Under the pieces are notes generated by a model. It was not told where the DNA came from, ran no database searches, and worked only from the letters and a program-made list of their open reading frames with translations. The position numbers and the translations under genes were made by a program. Shown here piece after piece: positions 9,471 through 19,705 of a stretch of DNA of 37,918 bases; the stretch's first letter is position 1; each line of letters starts with the position of its first letter. This DNA is from a virus (lineage: Duplodnaviria; Caudoviricetes), in IMG/VR virus record IMGVR_UViG_3300005077_000050, positions 1 to 37,918 of that record. The stretch is one strand, 5' to 3'.

Positions 9471-9782
9471 TTGAAAGATGAGGAACAAGCACCGGCAAAA
9501 CGTATGTTACGGTCACTACGCAATATCCGTAGGATAATGAAGCGTGACCATACGTTTATGAAAAAGGTGTTTGTTTCTCATTATTGTAACGTTCCGTTTC
9601 ATTTACTTGACAAAGACATAAACGAGATTGTTGCAAAGACAGGGTATTACCCAACGTCATTAGTTGACGACTTGTACGAAACGTCTTTGCATCTTATACG
9701 AAACTTTGAACTTGCACCGTACGCACAAGATGACAAGTTAGAGGAATTCGTTATCAACATTGTAAACAAAGAAGAAATTTAA
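9471..9782 (+). CDS. Tail assembly chaperone frameshift extension (gpT-like), probably made as a 9112-9782 fusion
   Basis: Only a TTG start; in the -1 frame relative to 9112 and open back to the slippery site. Confidence 0.7.
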   Translation: MKDEEQAPAKRMLRSLRNIRRIMKRDHTFMKKVFVSHYCNVPFHLLDKDINEIVAKTGYYPTSLVDDLYETSLHLIRNFELAPYAQDDKLEEFVINIVNKEEI

Positions 9783-9785
9783 TAT

Positions 9786-11948
9786 ATGTCAGAGTACCGT
9801 ATAATACTTAATCTTGCAGGTAACGCAGACCAAAAAATTAAGCGTTTGACGAAAGACCTTATTGCTGCTAATACAGCAGCAGAAGCGTTGGCAGCAAACC
9901 TTGGTTTAGTAGGCGCTGCTACAAGAGGCGTTGGTAGCGTTCGCGTTCCACGTTCATCAGGTGGTACTCGACAATCTAATTACGTACCACGTTCAGCAGG
10001 TGACCCGCACCAACCTCACTACACGAGGCACAAACACTCACGTATCTTATCATATGGTAGTAGCTTTAATATAGGTGGGTTTAGTGGCCGTTTGTCAACA
10101 ATCATGCAACCGGATGCAAACGGGAACATATTAGGTATGAATGCCACTAATTTAAGCGTAGCAGCAACCGCAGGGTCTTTAATGATGAAAGCTACTAAGG
10201 TGGCGGCTAAGTCAATTGCAGCGGCTACGATTGCGCCCGTTGCGTTGGGCGGGGGTGTTATGTTAGGGGCTATTCGTGCGCTTCAATCTGAGTCATTTGC
10301 GGAAGGAGTAAAGTTAATATCAAGACGTTATCAAGCAAAGATGGCTCTTGGTGCTGACTATGAACGTGCACAGTCAAACGCTGATTTTATTTCAGGAGCA
10401 TACGGGTTCGACCGTTCTACTACGTTGAGTAGTATAAACGTGTTAACCGGTATGAAGTTAGGAGCCTCAAACAGACGTATAACCGTTGGAGAAGCCACTG
10501 GTTTAACAAAGGTTGGTGGTTTAATATCACAACAAAGTGGTGTTTCCTTTGAACGTGTGATGACTAACATACAACAGTTGTTAGTTCAAACCGTACCTCA
10601 CATAAGGGATATACGTGAACTTCTTAACCAGGCGCCTATCCTTAGCAAGTACGCTGCAAAAATAATGGAAGAGAAGGGGATTGAGGGCGGAGATGTACGT
10701 GACTTCCTAAAGGACAAAAATAATTTAATATCTGTTTTAAAACGTTATGAGCTTGATATGGCATCAAACGCTGGTATGCAAGCACGTGGTAAAATAGACT
10801 TAGCTATTAAAGATTTTTGGGCTAAGATTGCAAGCAATAACCCGTTTTGGCGTTTCGTAGGAATGTCCGGTGTAGGTATAATTGGCTCGGCAGGAAACGG
10901 TGTAAATAAATTAATGACTACATTAGCCGGTAGCGATGACTTTAAATTGTTGGTTAAACGTATAGAGGCCATTTTTGATTCGTTCAGTGAAAATGGTGAC
11001 ACGTTCATACTTAAATTAATTAAATTAGTTGATGCAGTAGGCCAAAGACTGGGGCTCGACATGGGTGTTGGTAACGTAGCAAGAGAGAAAGTCGGAAGAG
11101 ATAAAACCGTTGACGCTTTTCTTGCCGATAATAGCATACGTGAAACGCTGTTAAAAAAAGCCGCAGATGCCGGTATGTTCAACGATTATAAGGACAAGAC
11201 GTCATTAACACTGGCACAAGACAACTACATTGAGGGTGTGCGAAACGCTATGGTATCAGATTCTTCATTTATGTCAAGTATAGAGGGGAAGTATAAGTTA
11301 CGTCAAGCAGAAAGCTACGCTAATGTATGGGCACGTATGACCGATTCATGGACGGACGTTCCGAAAAACATATTCACAGGACGTGTAGGTAAAGAGTATA
11401 ATAAAGTAAACTTCGGAGATGACGGCTGGAGCCCCGTAGATAGGTACAATAAAGGCTTGGCAAATTCAGCGTACTGGTCTACGTATTTGCAAGATTCATC
11501 AAAATATACCACACCGATGATGAGCGTAGCCAAAATAGCTGCTTGGGGTGGTGGCGACCCCACATTCACGTATAGAACACCTATATGGAATATGACACAA
11601 TCGGAGCTTAAAACAGCCCCTTATTCTCACGCTGCATATAATTTAATCGAAAGTAAAGCGTTTGACGTAGTTGATAGCTACATCAAAAAAATGATGGACG
11701 TTACTGCTACCGGTGGTAAAATAGAAACAGGAGTTGCGGGAGAGGATTTAACTGGCTTCAATAAAGATAGACGTGCTTTAGAGATTCATTTCAACGCGCC
11801 TATTGTTGAATGGAATAACACTATGGAAGCGACGTCACCTCAAGAAACTGTGGATGCTGTTGCAACCAACATTGAAACGTTAACTGCTGCTGCAATACAA
11901 AAAGCGTTACTCGGAGCATCAAATAAAATGTCAACAAGGTGGTACTAA
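9786..11948 (+). CDS. Tape measure protein
   Basis: 720 aa, Ala/Gly-rich helical; a tape-measure-like segment FERVMTNIQQ...DIRELLNQAP; follows the chaperones. Confidence 0.85.
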   Translation: MSEYRIILNLAGNADQKIKRLTKDLIAANTAAEALAANLGLVGAATRGVGSVRVPRSSGGTRQSNYVPRSAGDPHQPHYTRHKHSRILSYGSSFNIGGFSGRLSTIMQPDANGNILGMNATNLSVAATAGSLMMKATKVAAKSIAAATIAPVALGGGVMLGAIRALQSESFAEGVKLISRRYQAKMALGADYERAQSNADFISGAYGFDRSTTLSSINVLTGMKLGASNRRITVGEATGLTKVGGLISQQSGVSFERVMTNIQQLLVQTVPHIRDIRELLNQAPILSKYAAKIMEEKGIEGGDVRDFLKDKNNLISVLKRYELDMASNAGMQARGKIDLAIKDFWAKIASNNPFWRFVGMSGVGIIGSAGNGVNKLMTTLAGSDDFKLLVKRIEAIFDSFSENGDTFILKLIKLVDAVGQRLGLDMGVGNVAREKVGRDKTVDAFLADNSIRETLLKKAADAGMFNDYKDKTSLTLAQDNYIEGVRNAMVSDSSFMSSIEGKYKLRQAESYANVWARMTDSWTDVPKNIFTGRVGKEYNKVNFGDDGWSPVDRYNKGLANSAYWSTYLQDSSKYTTPMMSVAKIAAWGGGDPTFTYRTPIWNMTQSELKTAPYSHAAYNLIESKAFDVVDSYIKKMMDVTATGGKIETGVAGEDLTGFNKDRRALEIHFNAPIVEWNNTMEATSPQETVDAVATNIETLTAAAIQKALLGASNKMSTRWY

Positions 11949-11949
11949 T

Positions 11950-12705
11950 ATGGGTCAACTATTAAACGAAGTTCAAGCGAACACAGAACAATTTGGTCAG
12001 GACGTATCGGATGCCGCTGGAGTTAAACAAGTTTTAAACGGCGTATCAACCGTTTCAACTGTTGCGCAAGATTTAGTAGCAATAGCAGGTGAAGCGGTTG
12101 TTCTAACGTTATCTAAAGCGTGGATAGGTGTCGGGTTAATAAAACCCGCTACTACCGTAACAAACGACCTTAGAAGCAAAGAGGCAAACGTTTTTAATAT
12201 TGCCAAAGAGCAGATACCCGAATCAGCCTCACCCGTTGTAAACAGGTGGGATACTACGCAAATGTTTTCGATAAAACTTGACGAGTATTATTTACCTCTA
12301 TCACAGTCTTATCGTGCACGTGCTAAGAAACGTATAAATGAATCCTCACTTGTTGACGGGCCCGACATTCTGCAACAAACGCGTAAAGAAGCTAAGGAGA
12401 TAGAATGTACGTTACGTATAAGCGTTGATGAAAATGCAAGTGCATTGCAACTTATGAAACGTGAAGCTGAGGAAGCAAAAATTGCGAAGCTGTCCGATAT
12501 GTTAACAGACCTTTACGAATCTGACAAAGTGTTCAGGGTTGAAAATGATACGTTGAGGAATATGTTCGGACTGGACTACGTTATAATGATTGGCTACCAG
12601 TTTTCACCAAAGGTAGGCTCCCGGGTTTATACGTTCGAGTTCACGTTACGTGAAATTAAATATGGTGATAACATACTGACTTTTGACCAAAGAGCGTTAC
12701 GATGA
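11950..12705 (+). CDS. Baseplate/tube-initiator protein (DUF6046-like)
   Basis: Position after the tape measure gene; KK.I..S.LVDG...I..TL pattern recalled from Bacteroidetes phage proteins. Confidence 0.5.
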   Translation: MGQLLNEVQANTEQFGQDVSDAAGVKQVLNGVSTVSTVAQDLVAIAGEAVVLTLSKAWIGVGLIKPATTVTNDLRSKEANVFNIAKEQIPESASPVVNRWDTTQMFSIKLDEYYLPLSQSYRARAKKRINESSLVDGPDILQQTRKEAKEIECTLRISVDENASALQLMKREAEEAKIAKLSDMLTDLYESDKVFRVENDTLRNMFGLDYVIMIGYQFSPKVGSRVYTFEFTLREIKYGDNILTFDQRALR

Positions 12706-13862
12706 ATACTAATTATCTTATTTGTAAAAATCAAGTTTACGTTGAAGGAGTTGACATTGGGCAGTTTGAATCGTTGAAAATTTCAGCGAACGCTCATACC
12801 TTAGGCAATACAGCGGTTATGGAATTGCCGTTGTATGCGCTTGGTCTAAACTCAACGGATGGCAGAGCCTCTGCACGTATACGTAAAAACTTGCAAACAA
12901 GTAAAGGTAACATTATCCGGCCATGTGCTAAAATAGATATTTACTTATGGTATGACTATTGGGATACGTCTGACAATCGTATAAAATCCCTTGACCAGGT
13001 TTTAGTGTTTAGCGGGTTTATTGAACACGTTGTTGAAGGGTTCCCTGCTAAAATATATTTGCAAGATAACTCGTTTATACTACGTTTCGGAAGTATCGAG
13101 AAAGCGTGGAACGAAGAAGCAACTGTTCAAAAGATAGTTGAAGAGTGCATACCGTTAGCGGTTAAAGGCTTTAACGAAGAACGTAGGCTTTTAGGCTTTA
13201 CTACGCCTATCCCTGAGCTAACGTACTCACTTGACAAGAAAAACGTTCAAGCTAAGACCACACCATTAAGTTTGAAAAACTTTGCAGGGTCATCACCATA
13301 TGACACAATACAACGTTTAATGCAGTTACTTGTACTTTACGGTGGTGTTGGTAACGACTATAAAGTTTTCATAGGTGTGGGTGTTACTGAAAGCACACGG
13401 CCATTAGTAGCGTTGTCAACAACAACAAACGTAATAGACAGGGATTTAGTTCCGATTGATGGACGTTTTGTTGACTATGAAGTTAAGGTAACAGGCATAT
13501 TAGCAAACGGAAGGCATTACACCGCAACTGGTGGCCTCGGAACGTCTAAGACACAAAAAGAGAATAGCGAGTTTGAAAAAACGTACACAGAGTCCGTGCG
13601 TATGCATTGTGTATTTAATACCGTAAAAGATATTAATAAGTTTGCCGATGACATGTTAAAGATGTTAAAAGGTAAACGTAACAGTGGACGTATTAAACTC
13701 TTGCTCTACCCTAAGATAGAAATTATGGACTGGGTAACGTACACCGACACCGTATTTGAAGAGTTATCAGGTGGATACTACGTTACTGGTTACGACTTTG
13801 ACGCTGACGATAAAGGGTATTACCAAACATTAGAGATAACAGACAAAGTTTTCATGTTATGA
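12702..13862 (+). CDS. Baseplate hub protein (P2 gpD / Mu gpP-like)
   Basis: 386 aa; LGNTA.MELP start, VFSGFI motif, C-terminal G.YYVT....D..GYYQTLEI typical of hub proteins. Confidence 0.7.
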   Translation: MNTNYLICKNQVYVEGVDIGQFESLKISANAHTLGNTAVMELPLYALGLNSTDGRASARIRKNLQTSKGNIIRPCAKIDIYLWYDYWDTSDNRIKSLDQVLVFSGFIEHVVEGFPAKIYLQDNSFILRFGSIEKAWNEEATVQKIVEECIPLAVKGFNEERRLLGFTTPIPELTYSLDKKNVQAKTTPLSLKNFAGSSPYDTIQRLMQLLVLYGGVGNDYKVFIGVGVTESTRPLVALSTTTNVIDRDLVPIDGRFVDYEVKVTGILANGRHYTATGGLGTSKTQKENSEFEKTYTESVRMHCVFNTVKDINKFADDMLKMLKGKRNSGRIKLLLYPKIEIMDWVTYTDTVFEELSGGYYVTGYDFDADDKGYYQTLEITDKVFML

Positions 13863-14536
13863 AAAATTACGATACGTTGCTTAAACAGATAGGTGAAAAG
13901 TTTGGAATGGATATTTACAACCTTGTAAAGTCTAATAGCACCGTAAGCGTTAATATAATATCGGTAACAGATACAGAGGCAACCGTTGCTTTAGCCGGAG
14001 AGGCTAAACGCATAAACGTGCCGTTGTATAGTACCAACATACCTTTTGGTTCCATCGTTATAAAGCCAAATGTAGGTTCGCTATCATTAATATCCTACGT
14101 AAACGGGTTTGAGGAAGCACCCTACTTCGTAGCGCATTCTCAGGTTGATAGCATAACGTTTACGAGAGGCAAAACGTCTTTTACGTGGAAAATAACACCA
14201 CCAAACAAAGATGCAGACGGTAACGAAATTGAAAGCGAAACGTCTGACGAAATAACGTTATCCGTTGGAGAGTCCTCAGTAAAAGTAACCAATGACGAGT
14301 GGACGTTTAACGGTGGCCAGCTTGGAGGGCTAACAAAGACGTTAGAACTTGTTGAGCAACTAAATAAAGTTACTGCACGGATTGACGGAATAATTGACGC
14401 AATAAATAACCCATCTGTTGTAGCATACCCTGGTGATGGTGGAGCGTCTTTATGGAGCTTATTTAGAACGCAAATAGCGACCATCGTGGATAAAGAGAAT
14501 TTTGAGAACGTAGAAAACGAAAAAATAAAACAGTGA
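13859..14536 (+). CDS. Baseplate spike protein (gpV-like)
   Basis: OB-fold-like KPNVGS motif, beta repeats and FNGG.LGGL.K..EL..QLNK motif; follows the hub gene. Confidence 0.7.
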   Translation: MKNYDTLLKQIGEKFGMDIYNLVKSNSTVSVNIISVTDTEATVALAGEAKRINVPLYSTNIPFGSIVIKPNVGSLSLISYVNGFEEAPYFVAHSQVDSITFTRGKTSFTWKITPPNKDADGNEIESETSDEITLSVGESSVKVTNDEWTFNGGQLGGLTKTLELVEQLNKVTARIDGIIDAINNPSVVAYPGDGGASLWSLFRTQIATIVDKENFENVENEKIKQ

Positions 14537-14829
14537 TGGAAGGAATTTATTTTAACTTCAGTACCAATGACATCGAAATACGTGACGACGGTACGTTTAA
14601 AAAAGCTGAAATAGGAAGCCAAAACTGTACGTTAATTGCAATGTCGCAAATTTGCAGGTTGACAAAACCGGAAGTAGGCGAACAGTTAGGAACTAAACTT
14701 ATTTTGGCAAAGAACGTTAACTCCTCTATCAGCGCAGCTAAACGAGCCGTTGAACAAGATGGTGGTAAAGACGTTGAAATAACGTTTAACGAAGGTAACT
14801 TATCTTTTAAAGCAAGGTATGAAAGTTAA
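14533..14829 (+). CDS. Baseplate wedge / gp25-like protein
   Basis: 98 aa after the spike gene; PEVG motif and ends in ARY. Confidence 0.5.
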   Translation: MMEGIYFNFSTNDIEIRDDGTFKKAEIGSQNCTLIAMSQICRLTKPEVGEQLGTKLILAKNVNSSISAAKRAVEQDGGKDVEITFNEGNLSFKARYES

Positions 14830-15565
14830 CCAAAACCAAACAGCGTTAGACGTTGCGTTGAGCAACGCTGGCTCTATTTACGGACTACCGTTACTACTTA
14901 ACCAGTTACCAGTAGGTGAGCGTATAGGTTTGGCTGATGTTCCTGACCTTGACGACGTTGACGATATTGGGCAAACGTGGACTCCAAACCTTCAAGGAAT
15001 GGAACTTGATGCAACGTTGGATATCTACATTGATGAAACGCTTGTGAAAGCACCATTTGGTACCGACTTAGAAACGTTGGAACCTTCTATACTTTGGGGA
15101 GAAACTTTGCTCCCGGCTCTGTTTGACTACACAGGGTACATAGAGTATGACGTTTTACCAAACGTTGTTCCAAATGAGAGTAAGCATTACGTAAACGAGA
15201 ATCAAACAATAGTTGACGTTACCTTGGATTTATCCGGCAGTTTAAAAGCTGTTTACGATGTACTTAACCAGTTACCAACTGTTGAGCGCATAGGGTTAAG
15301 TGAGTTACCAAACGTTTGGGAAGATACTACTGAGCTAAGTCAAACGTGGACTCCTGACGTAGAGAAACAATACTTCGAGCTATCCGTAACGCTGTACAAC
15401 GAAACAGCTAAAAGAAAACGTAGGTTTAATACAAATATTGTAGAACTTAGTTACGCTATATCGTGGGGTAATATGTTTTTACAGGAGGTAGCAGACACCG
15501 AATATTTAACAGACGATTTTGTTATTAACTTAGAAGATGACTTTAACACTTATTTAACAACGTAA
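14819..15565 (+). CDS. Baseplate protein with two tandem LysM/gpX-like modules
   Basis: Internal repeat V.(Q/E)NQT..DV.L...GS......LNQLP..ERIGL...P......QTWTP occurs twice. Confidence 0.55.
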   Translation: MKVNQNQTALDVALSNAGSIYGLPLLLNQLPVGERIGLADVPDLDDVDDIGQTWTPNLQGMELDATLDIYIDETLVKAPFGTDLETLEPSILWGETLLPALFDYTGYIEYDVLPNVVPNESKHYVNENQTIVDVTLDLSGSLKAVYDVLNQLPTVERIGLSELPNVWEDTTELSQTWTPDVEKQYFELSVTLYNETAKRKRRFNTNIVELSYAISWGNMFLQEVADTEYLTDDFVINLEDDFNTYLTT

Positions 15566-15568
15566 AAA

Positions 15569-16177
15569 ATGAAAGTATCTGACCCTTCTTTAAATAAACC
15601 ATCTGATTATTCAAACGTACGTTTAGAGATGTTTGAATTAGAAGGCGATGGAGAGTATCATATTAAGTATGATACTTTAGACACGTTTTTAGCTAACTAT
15701 ACTAAGATGGGTCATGACGCTGACCCTCATACTGAGTTAGTCGATACAGATGAATTTGATATTCGTTCTTCCGCTAACGGTTTCTCTTTACGAAAGCTAT
15801 CATTAGCAACGTTAAAAGCCTTCTTTGAAAATATTTTTACAAGTAGAGCAACTATTGAAGTGGCTGTATCGGGTGGTAACTTAACGTTGGATTGTAATAG
15901 CAAAAAAGAAGTAGTAGCACGTAAGACAGGCGGTGGTGCTGTTGTAATATCTGCAAACATCGGTTTTTTATACTCAAACGATTCAAACCTTGTAACGGCT
16001 TGGATACCTGTTGAGGTAACAGGAGCAACGCGAACAATAACGTTCCCGGCTTCTCATATATCAAGCGATAGCCGTTTTGCTTCGCTTATATTAACTTTGG
16101 AAGTAGGAACGTACCAAATTAGCATAATGAATGACGGGGTAAAACGTCATATCCTTTGCTCAGAAGCGGAGGTGTAA
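15569..16177 (+). CDS. Putative tail fibre/appendage protein
   Basis: Beta-rich ORF in the tail module; no firm family. Confidence 0.45.
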   Translation: MKVSDPSLNKPSDYSNVRLEMFELEGDGEYHIKYDTLDTFLANYTKMGHDADPHTELVDTDEFDIRSSANGFSLRKLSLATLKAFFENIFTSRATIEVAVSGGNLTLDCNSKKEVVARKTGGGAVVISANIGFLYSNDSNLVTAWIPVEVTGATRTITFPASHISSDSRFASLILTLEVGTYQISIMNDGVKRHILCSEAEV

Positions 16178-16178
16178 C

Positions 16179-16961
16179 ATGAGCCTGTTAATACATAACA
16201 ACGCTTTAATAGGTAAGAAAAAAGCGTTAGACTACTTTTACTTCACTTACCTTTTCACAACGGGTATGGTTAAGGATGGTAGTGAGCTTATTTCTGAGAT
16301 GTACTCAAAAGACGAAATACGTTTATATCAAGGCACAATAGGCAACCGTCCGGTATTTGAAACGCCATATATAAAATTTGTAAACGGTGGCTCGTCTGCT
16401 ACATCTGACTTTTTTTATACAGATGGTTTTAACGCTGATACAGGCGATTGGGATAAATTTTATTTTGGAACGGGCAACTTTTTTATCGGAACGTGGTTTA
16501 AGTCTATTGCTTCTGTTTCAGGTAATGACGTTCAGGGTGTTATAAATCACGAACAGTCAGGAACGTTGGCAATCTTTGCTGACTTAGTTGAGTCCACAAA
16601 CAAAATAAGAGGTGGAATAACAAATACAACAGGAACGTTAATCTATTTGCAATCTGTAAATGCGATAGCACGGAACACAGAAGTACATTTAGGATTCGGT
16701 AGAACAAACGGAAAGTATTATCTAACTTTAAACGGAGTTATAGAAGCATTAAACGACCGTGGCTCAAACGATGCCCATAAACGAATAACAGGCGCAACGT
16801 ATCATCCTGTTTTAGGTGCAATGTCAGGTGTGAACAGGCGTTTGAACGGGTATCTGTACGACATGCTTATAACAAAAAATTCACATGATTTGACTGGTAA
16901 AGTGGTAGGTGATACATTATTCACCCCGTGGACAAAAGGAGAATTTGGAGGTACATTATGA
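16179..16961 (+). CDS. LamG/concanavalin A-like domain protein, candidate receptor-binding protein
   Basis: F.IGTWFK, H.G.GR.NG...LTLNG and LNGYLYD.LIT match the LamG-fold pattern. Confidence 0.65.
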   Translation: MSLLIHNNALIGKKKALDYFYFTYLFTTGMVKDGSELISEMYSKDEIRLYQGTIGNRPVFETPYIKFVNGGSSATSDFFYTDGFNADTGDWDKFYFGTGNFFIGTWFKSIASVSGNDVQGVINHEQSGTLAIFADLVESTNKIRGGITNTTGTLIYLQSVNAIARNTEVHLGFGRTNGKYYLTLNGVIEALNDRGSNDAHKRITGATYHPVLGAMSGVNRRLNGYLYDMLITKNSHDLTGKVVGDTLFTPWTKGEFGGTL

Positions 16962-17215
16962 GAATATTAAAAAAACAAGAACGCTGGTTAACATTTGAAG
17001 AGTGTGACAAGTTACAACAAAGTATATCCGACGTTTTGACATCCGGTGGAATAACGCAAAAAATTGGAGACAGGTACATAAACCCTGAATTCTGCACGTT
17101 CGATGGCCAAAACTACTACTTGCCAATAGACAACGAGCAGTTGCAACAATATGTAGACGATATTGTTAACGTATTACTTATGACAGATAACGAGCTTTGT
17201 ATCTTTAATGTTTAA
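16958..17215 (+). CDS. Hypothetical protein (ATG start at 16958 preferred)
   Basis: ATGA overlap with the previous stop codon. Confidence 0.6.
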   Translation: MRILKKQERWLTFEECDKLQQSISDVLTSGGITQKIGDRYINPEFCTFDGQNYYLPIDNEQLQQYVDDIVNVLLMTDNELCIFNV

Positions 17216-17459
17216 TTATAAACCAAATGCTATGAGTGGAAGAAGGAAGGCGAAAGCCATTTTAAGTCCCCCGCTGGGGCAACCGAACCCGATACCAACG
17301 TATCAGGGTCAAGACCCAACGTACTTTTATTTCTTAGTACCGGCTGACTTTACACCGGAAGAAATGTTACGTGCTGAACAATTAGTTGACGGTGGTATGA
17401 CCCCAGAGGAGGCCATCGCACAAGTGATTGATGAAAGAACGTATTCAGGATTGGAGTAG
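17208..17459 (+). CDS. Hypothetical protein
   Basis: 83 aa ORF in operon packing. Confidence 0.6.
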   Translation: MFNYKPNAMSGRRKAKAILSPPLGQPNPIPTYQGQDPTYFYFLVPADFTPEEMLRAEQLVDGGMTPEEAIAQVIDERTYSGLE

Positions 17460-17468
17460 GTTTTAAAC

Positions 17469-17496
17469 GTAGGCACATGTAACGTGCCTACATTTT
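17469..17496 (+). terminator. Possible intrinsic terminator before the lysis cassette
   Basis: GTAGGCAC-ATGTAAC-GTGCCTAC followed by ATTTT. Confidence 0.5.
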
Positions 17497-17509
17497 AATT
17501 TTTCAGGTT

Positions 17510-17980
17510 ATGGGCGAAGCGGATAAAATAAAGTTGGCTCAATTAGCAGAGCAAAACGTTTTTATAATACAGTCAATACAGGAGCAGAAAGAAGTTAATC
17601 AACGTATGTTAGATAGCTTTGAAAAACTGAGTGCTCAAATAATCCAAATCGATGCAAACAGGTACGCTGATGAAGCGTTTCTACGTCAAAGCATTAAACG
17701 TAAAATTGACGAAGCTGTTGGCCGACTGCAAAAGTTGCATGAAAACGATGTGCATAACATAAAGACAGACGTAACTAAGATAAACGATAACCCTATTGTG
17801 AAACTTGGTTTTAATAAAACGTTGTTTTATGCCGTTGCCATAATTTTCCTTTACTCTTTTTGGAGTGAAATAACACTTACCATAAACAGCCTGTTTAAAA
17901 AACAAGGCTTGGAACAAAACGACGTTAAAATCGTAACACGTGGAGGAGAAGAGTTTATAATTAAAGATACGTTACAATGA
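17510..17980 (+). CDS. Coiled-coil protein with one transmembrane segment; possible holin or antiholin
   Basis: Hydrophobic segment LFYAVAIIFLYSFW; immediately upstream of the endolysin. Confidence 0.5.
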   Translation: MGEADKIKLAQLAEQNVFIIQSIQEQKEVNQRMLDSFEKLSAQIIQIDANRYADEAFLRQSIKRKIDEAVGRLQKLHENDVHNIKTDVTKINDNPIVKLGFNKTLFYAVAIIFLYSFWSEITLTINSLFKKQGLEQNDVKIVTRGGEEFIIKDTLQ

Positions 17981-18537
17981 ACAAAGATATTATCAAATTC
18001 GCAAAGGAACAGCAATTAATAGAGCCGGCAACGTTTCTTGCTTTCCTGGAAGTGGAAACGGGTGGTAAAGGTTTTGACTCATTAACGCAAAAAATATTGA
18101 TACAGTTTGAGCCTAAATGGTTCAGGAAAAAAGAACCGTACGCTCCGTCCGGTAACTGGTCAGTGAACAAAGTTGACGTTCAACGTGAAGAGTGGAAAGC
18201 TTTTAACGAAGCGTTTAAGATAAGCCCGGATTCAGCGATGGAAAGTACGTCCATTGGGATAGGCCAAATAATGGGATTCCATTGGGAGCGATTAGGATAT
18301 GATAACGTTGGTGAGATGTGGGATGAAGCGAAAGCAAGCCTTCAAAACCAGTTGATTCAGGTTTTGCTCTTTATCAGTTCTGACGAACGTTTAATAAACG
18401 CTATACGTCATTATGACTGGCATAAAGTTGCATCAATCTATAATGGTGCAAATTATCAGGAATTGGCTAAACGTTTAGGACGTGAGCCTTACGATTTATC
18501 TTTACAAAAAGCATACCTTAAATACAGAACAATATGA
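17977..18537 (+). CDS. Endolysin, N-acetylmuramidase (DUF3380 family)
   Basis: AFLEVETGG.GF, I.FEP.WF, STS.G.GQIMGF and YNG motifs. Confidence 0.9.
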   Translation: MNKDIIKFAKEQQLIEPATFLAFLEVETGGKGFDSLTQKILIQFEPKWFRKKEPYAPSGNWSVNKVDVQREEWKAFNEAFKISPDSAMESTSIGIGQIMGFHWERLGYDNVGEMWDEAKASLQNQLIQVLLFISSDERLINAIRHYDWHKVASIYNGANYQELAKRLGREPYDLSLQKAYLKYRTI

Positions 18538-18908
18538 AAATACCGTTTATTAAAGGTGGGTTAAGCGCAGATAAAGTTTTTGATTCCGTTGCAAACGGGG
18601 TGGATAAACTTGTGTTTACTCAGGAAGAAAAAGCGATTTTAAATACTGAACTTGCAGAGAAGTTGGCTGAGTACGCTGCTAACACGTTATCGGAAAATAC
18701 CATACGTAGCAAAGCACGTAGGTTTATTTCCTATCTAATCGTTGCCAGTTGGCTGTTAGCGGCCTTTGTTGATGTTTTTATAAACAATGCAGATTTAACG
18801 TACCTTTGGAAAGAGAGCGACCTTGCCACTGGTTTTTTAATGGTGCTATTGTTTTTCTTTGGTGGGTACTATTTTCAACATATACTTAATATGAAGAAGA
18901 AAAAATGA
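18534..18908 (+). CDS. Holin (GTA 3TM-holin-like)
   Basis: D...T.EEKA helix, two hydrophobic segments, FFFGG and a basic C-terminus; follows the endolysin. Confidence 0.65.
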   Translation: MKIPFIKGGLSADKVFDSVANGVDKLVFTQEEKAILNTELAEKLAEYAANTLSENTIRSKARRFISYLIVASWLLAAFVDVFINNADLTYLWKESDLATGFLMVLLFFFGGYYFQHILNMKKKK

Positions 18909-19705
18909 ACGCAGTTAGCATAATATTAAACGCTATGCAAACAGCCTTTCCAACGTTTGCAAGAAGCGATGGCTCTATTGAAGCCAAAATAATTGACGTT
19001 GTAGGTACGTACGCTGATAGCGAAGCGTTGGAACGTGAGAACACGTTAAGCGTTATTGCTTCTGCATTAGCGAATCAAAAGATAACACGTAAATCGTATT
19101 ACCGTTCTAAAGCGGTGGAATTTCAATACGGGGATGTTGTATCGTACGATTCTGTAAACTTCGGTGCGTTCTACGAAAACGTTGACGAATCGAAACGTCT
19201 TGTAAAGCAAGCGTACATAACTGGTAGCTTTCCAACGTTTACTATATTAGTAAATGCTATTGATTCGGCTACCGGGCATTTAAGGAAGCTAACAACGTTA
19301 GAGCTTGCCTCTTTTACTTCGTATTTTGAAGCATTCCAACCGATAGGTTTGGATATTAACGTTTTGTCGCAAGACCCTGCTACTATCTTTGACGATGATA
19401 TGAGGATATACGTTAAAGCTGGTGCGGATATTCAGGCTGTTATGGACGACGTTAAGGCAAACCTTATTGAGTATGAGGCTACTTTACGTGAATACAATGC
19501 GGTTACGCTTTCTGAAATAGAAGACGTTATACGTAAGAATTCAAGTGTAATTGCCATCGGGTGGGATGACCCGTACGCACAAGACACGTTAATCAGCGGT
19601 ACAGTTGTAAACGTTCACCCATCGCTTGGCGTGTTTGAGTTTACAAGTGGTGCGTTTATATTTGGAACTGATTTACAGTTAGAAAACTTTGAAATATTGC
19701 AGTGA
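18905..19705 (+). CDS. Baseplate wedge protein (gpJ-like)
   Basis: YY..KA.EFQYG, L...EL..F..Y.....P.G....V.S pattern of Bacteroidetes baseplate J-like proteins. Confidence 0.65.
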   Translation: MNAVSIILNAMQTAFPTFARSDGSIEAKIIDVVGTYADSEALERENTLSVIASALANQKITRKSYYRSKAVEFQYGDVVSYDSVNFGAFYENVDESKRLVKQAYITGSFPTFTILVNAIDSATGHLRKLTTLELASFTSYFEAFQPIGLDINVLSQDPATIFDDDMRIYVKAGADIQAVMDDVKANLIEYEATLREYNAVTLSEIEDVIRKNSSVIAIGWDDPYAQDTLISGTVVNVHPSLGVFEFTSGAFIFGTDLQLENFEILQ

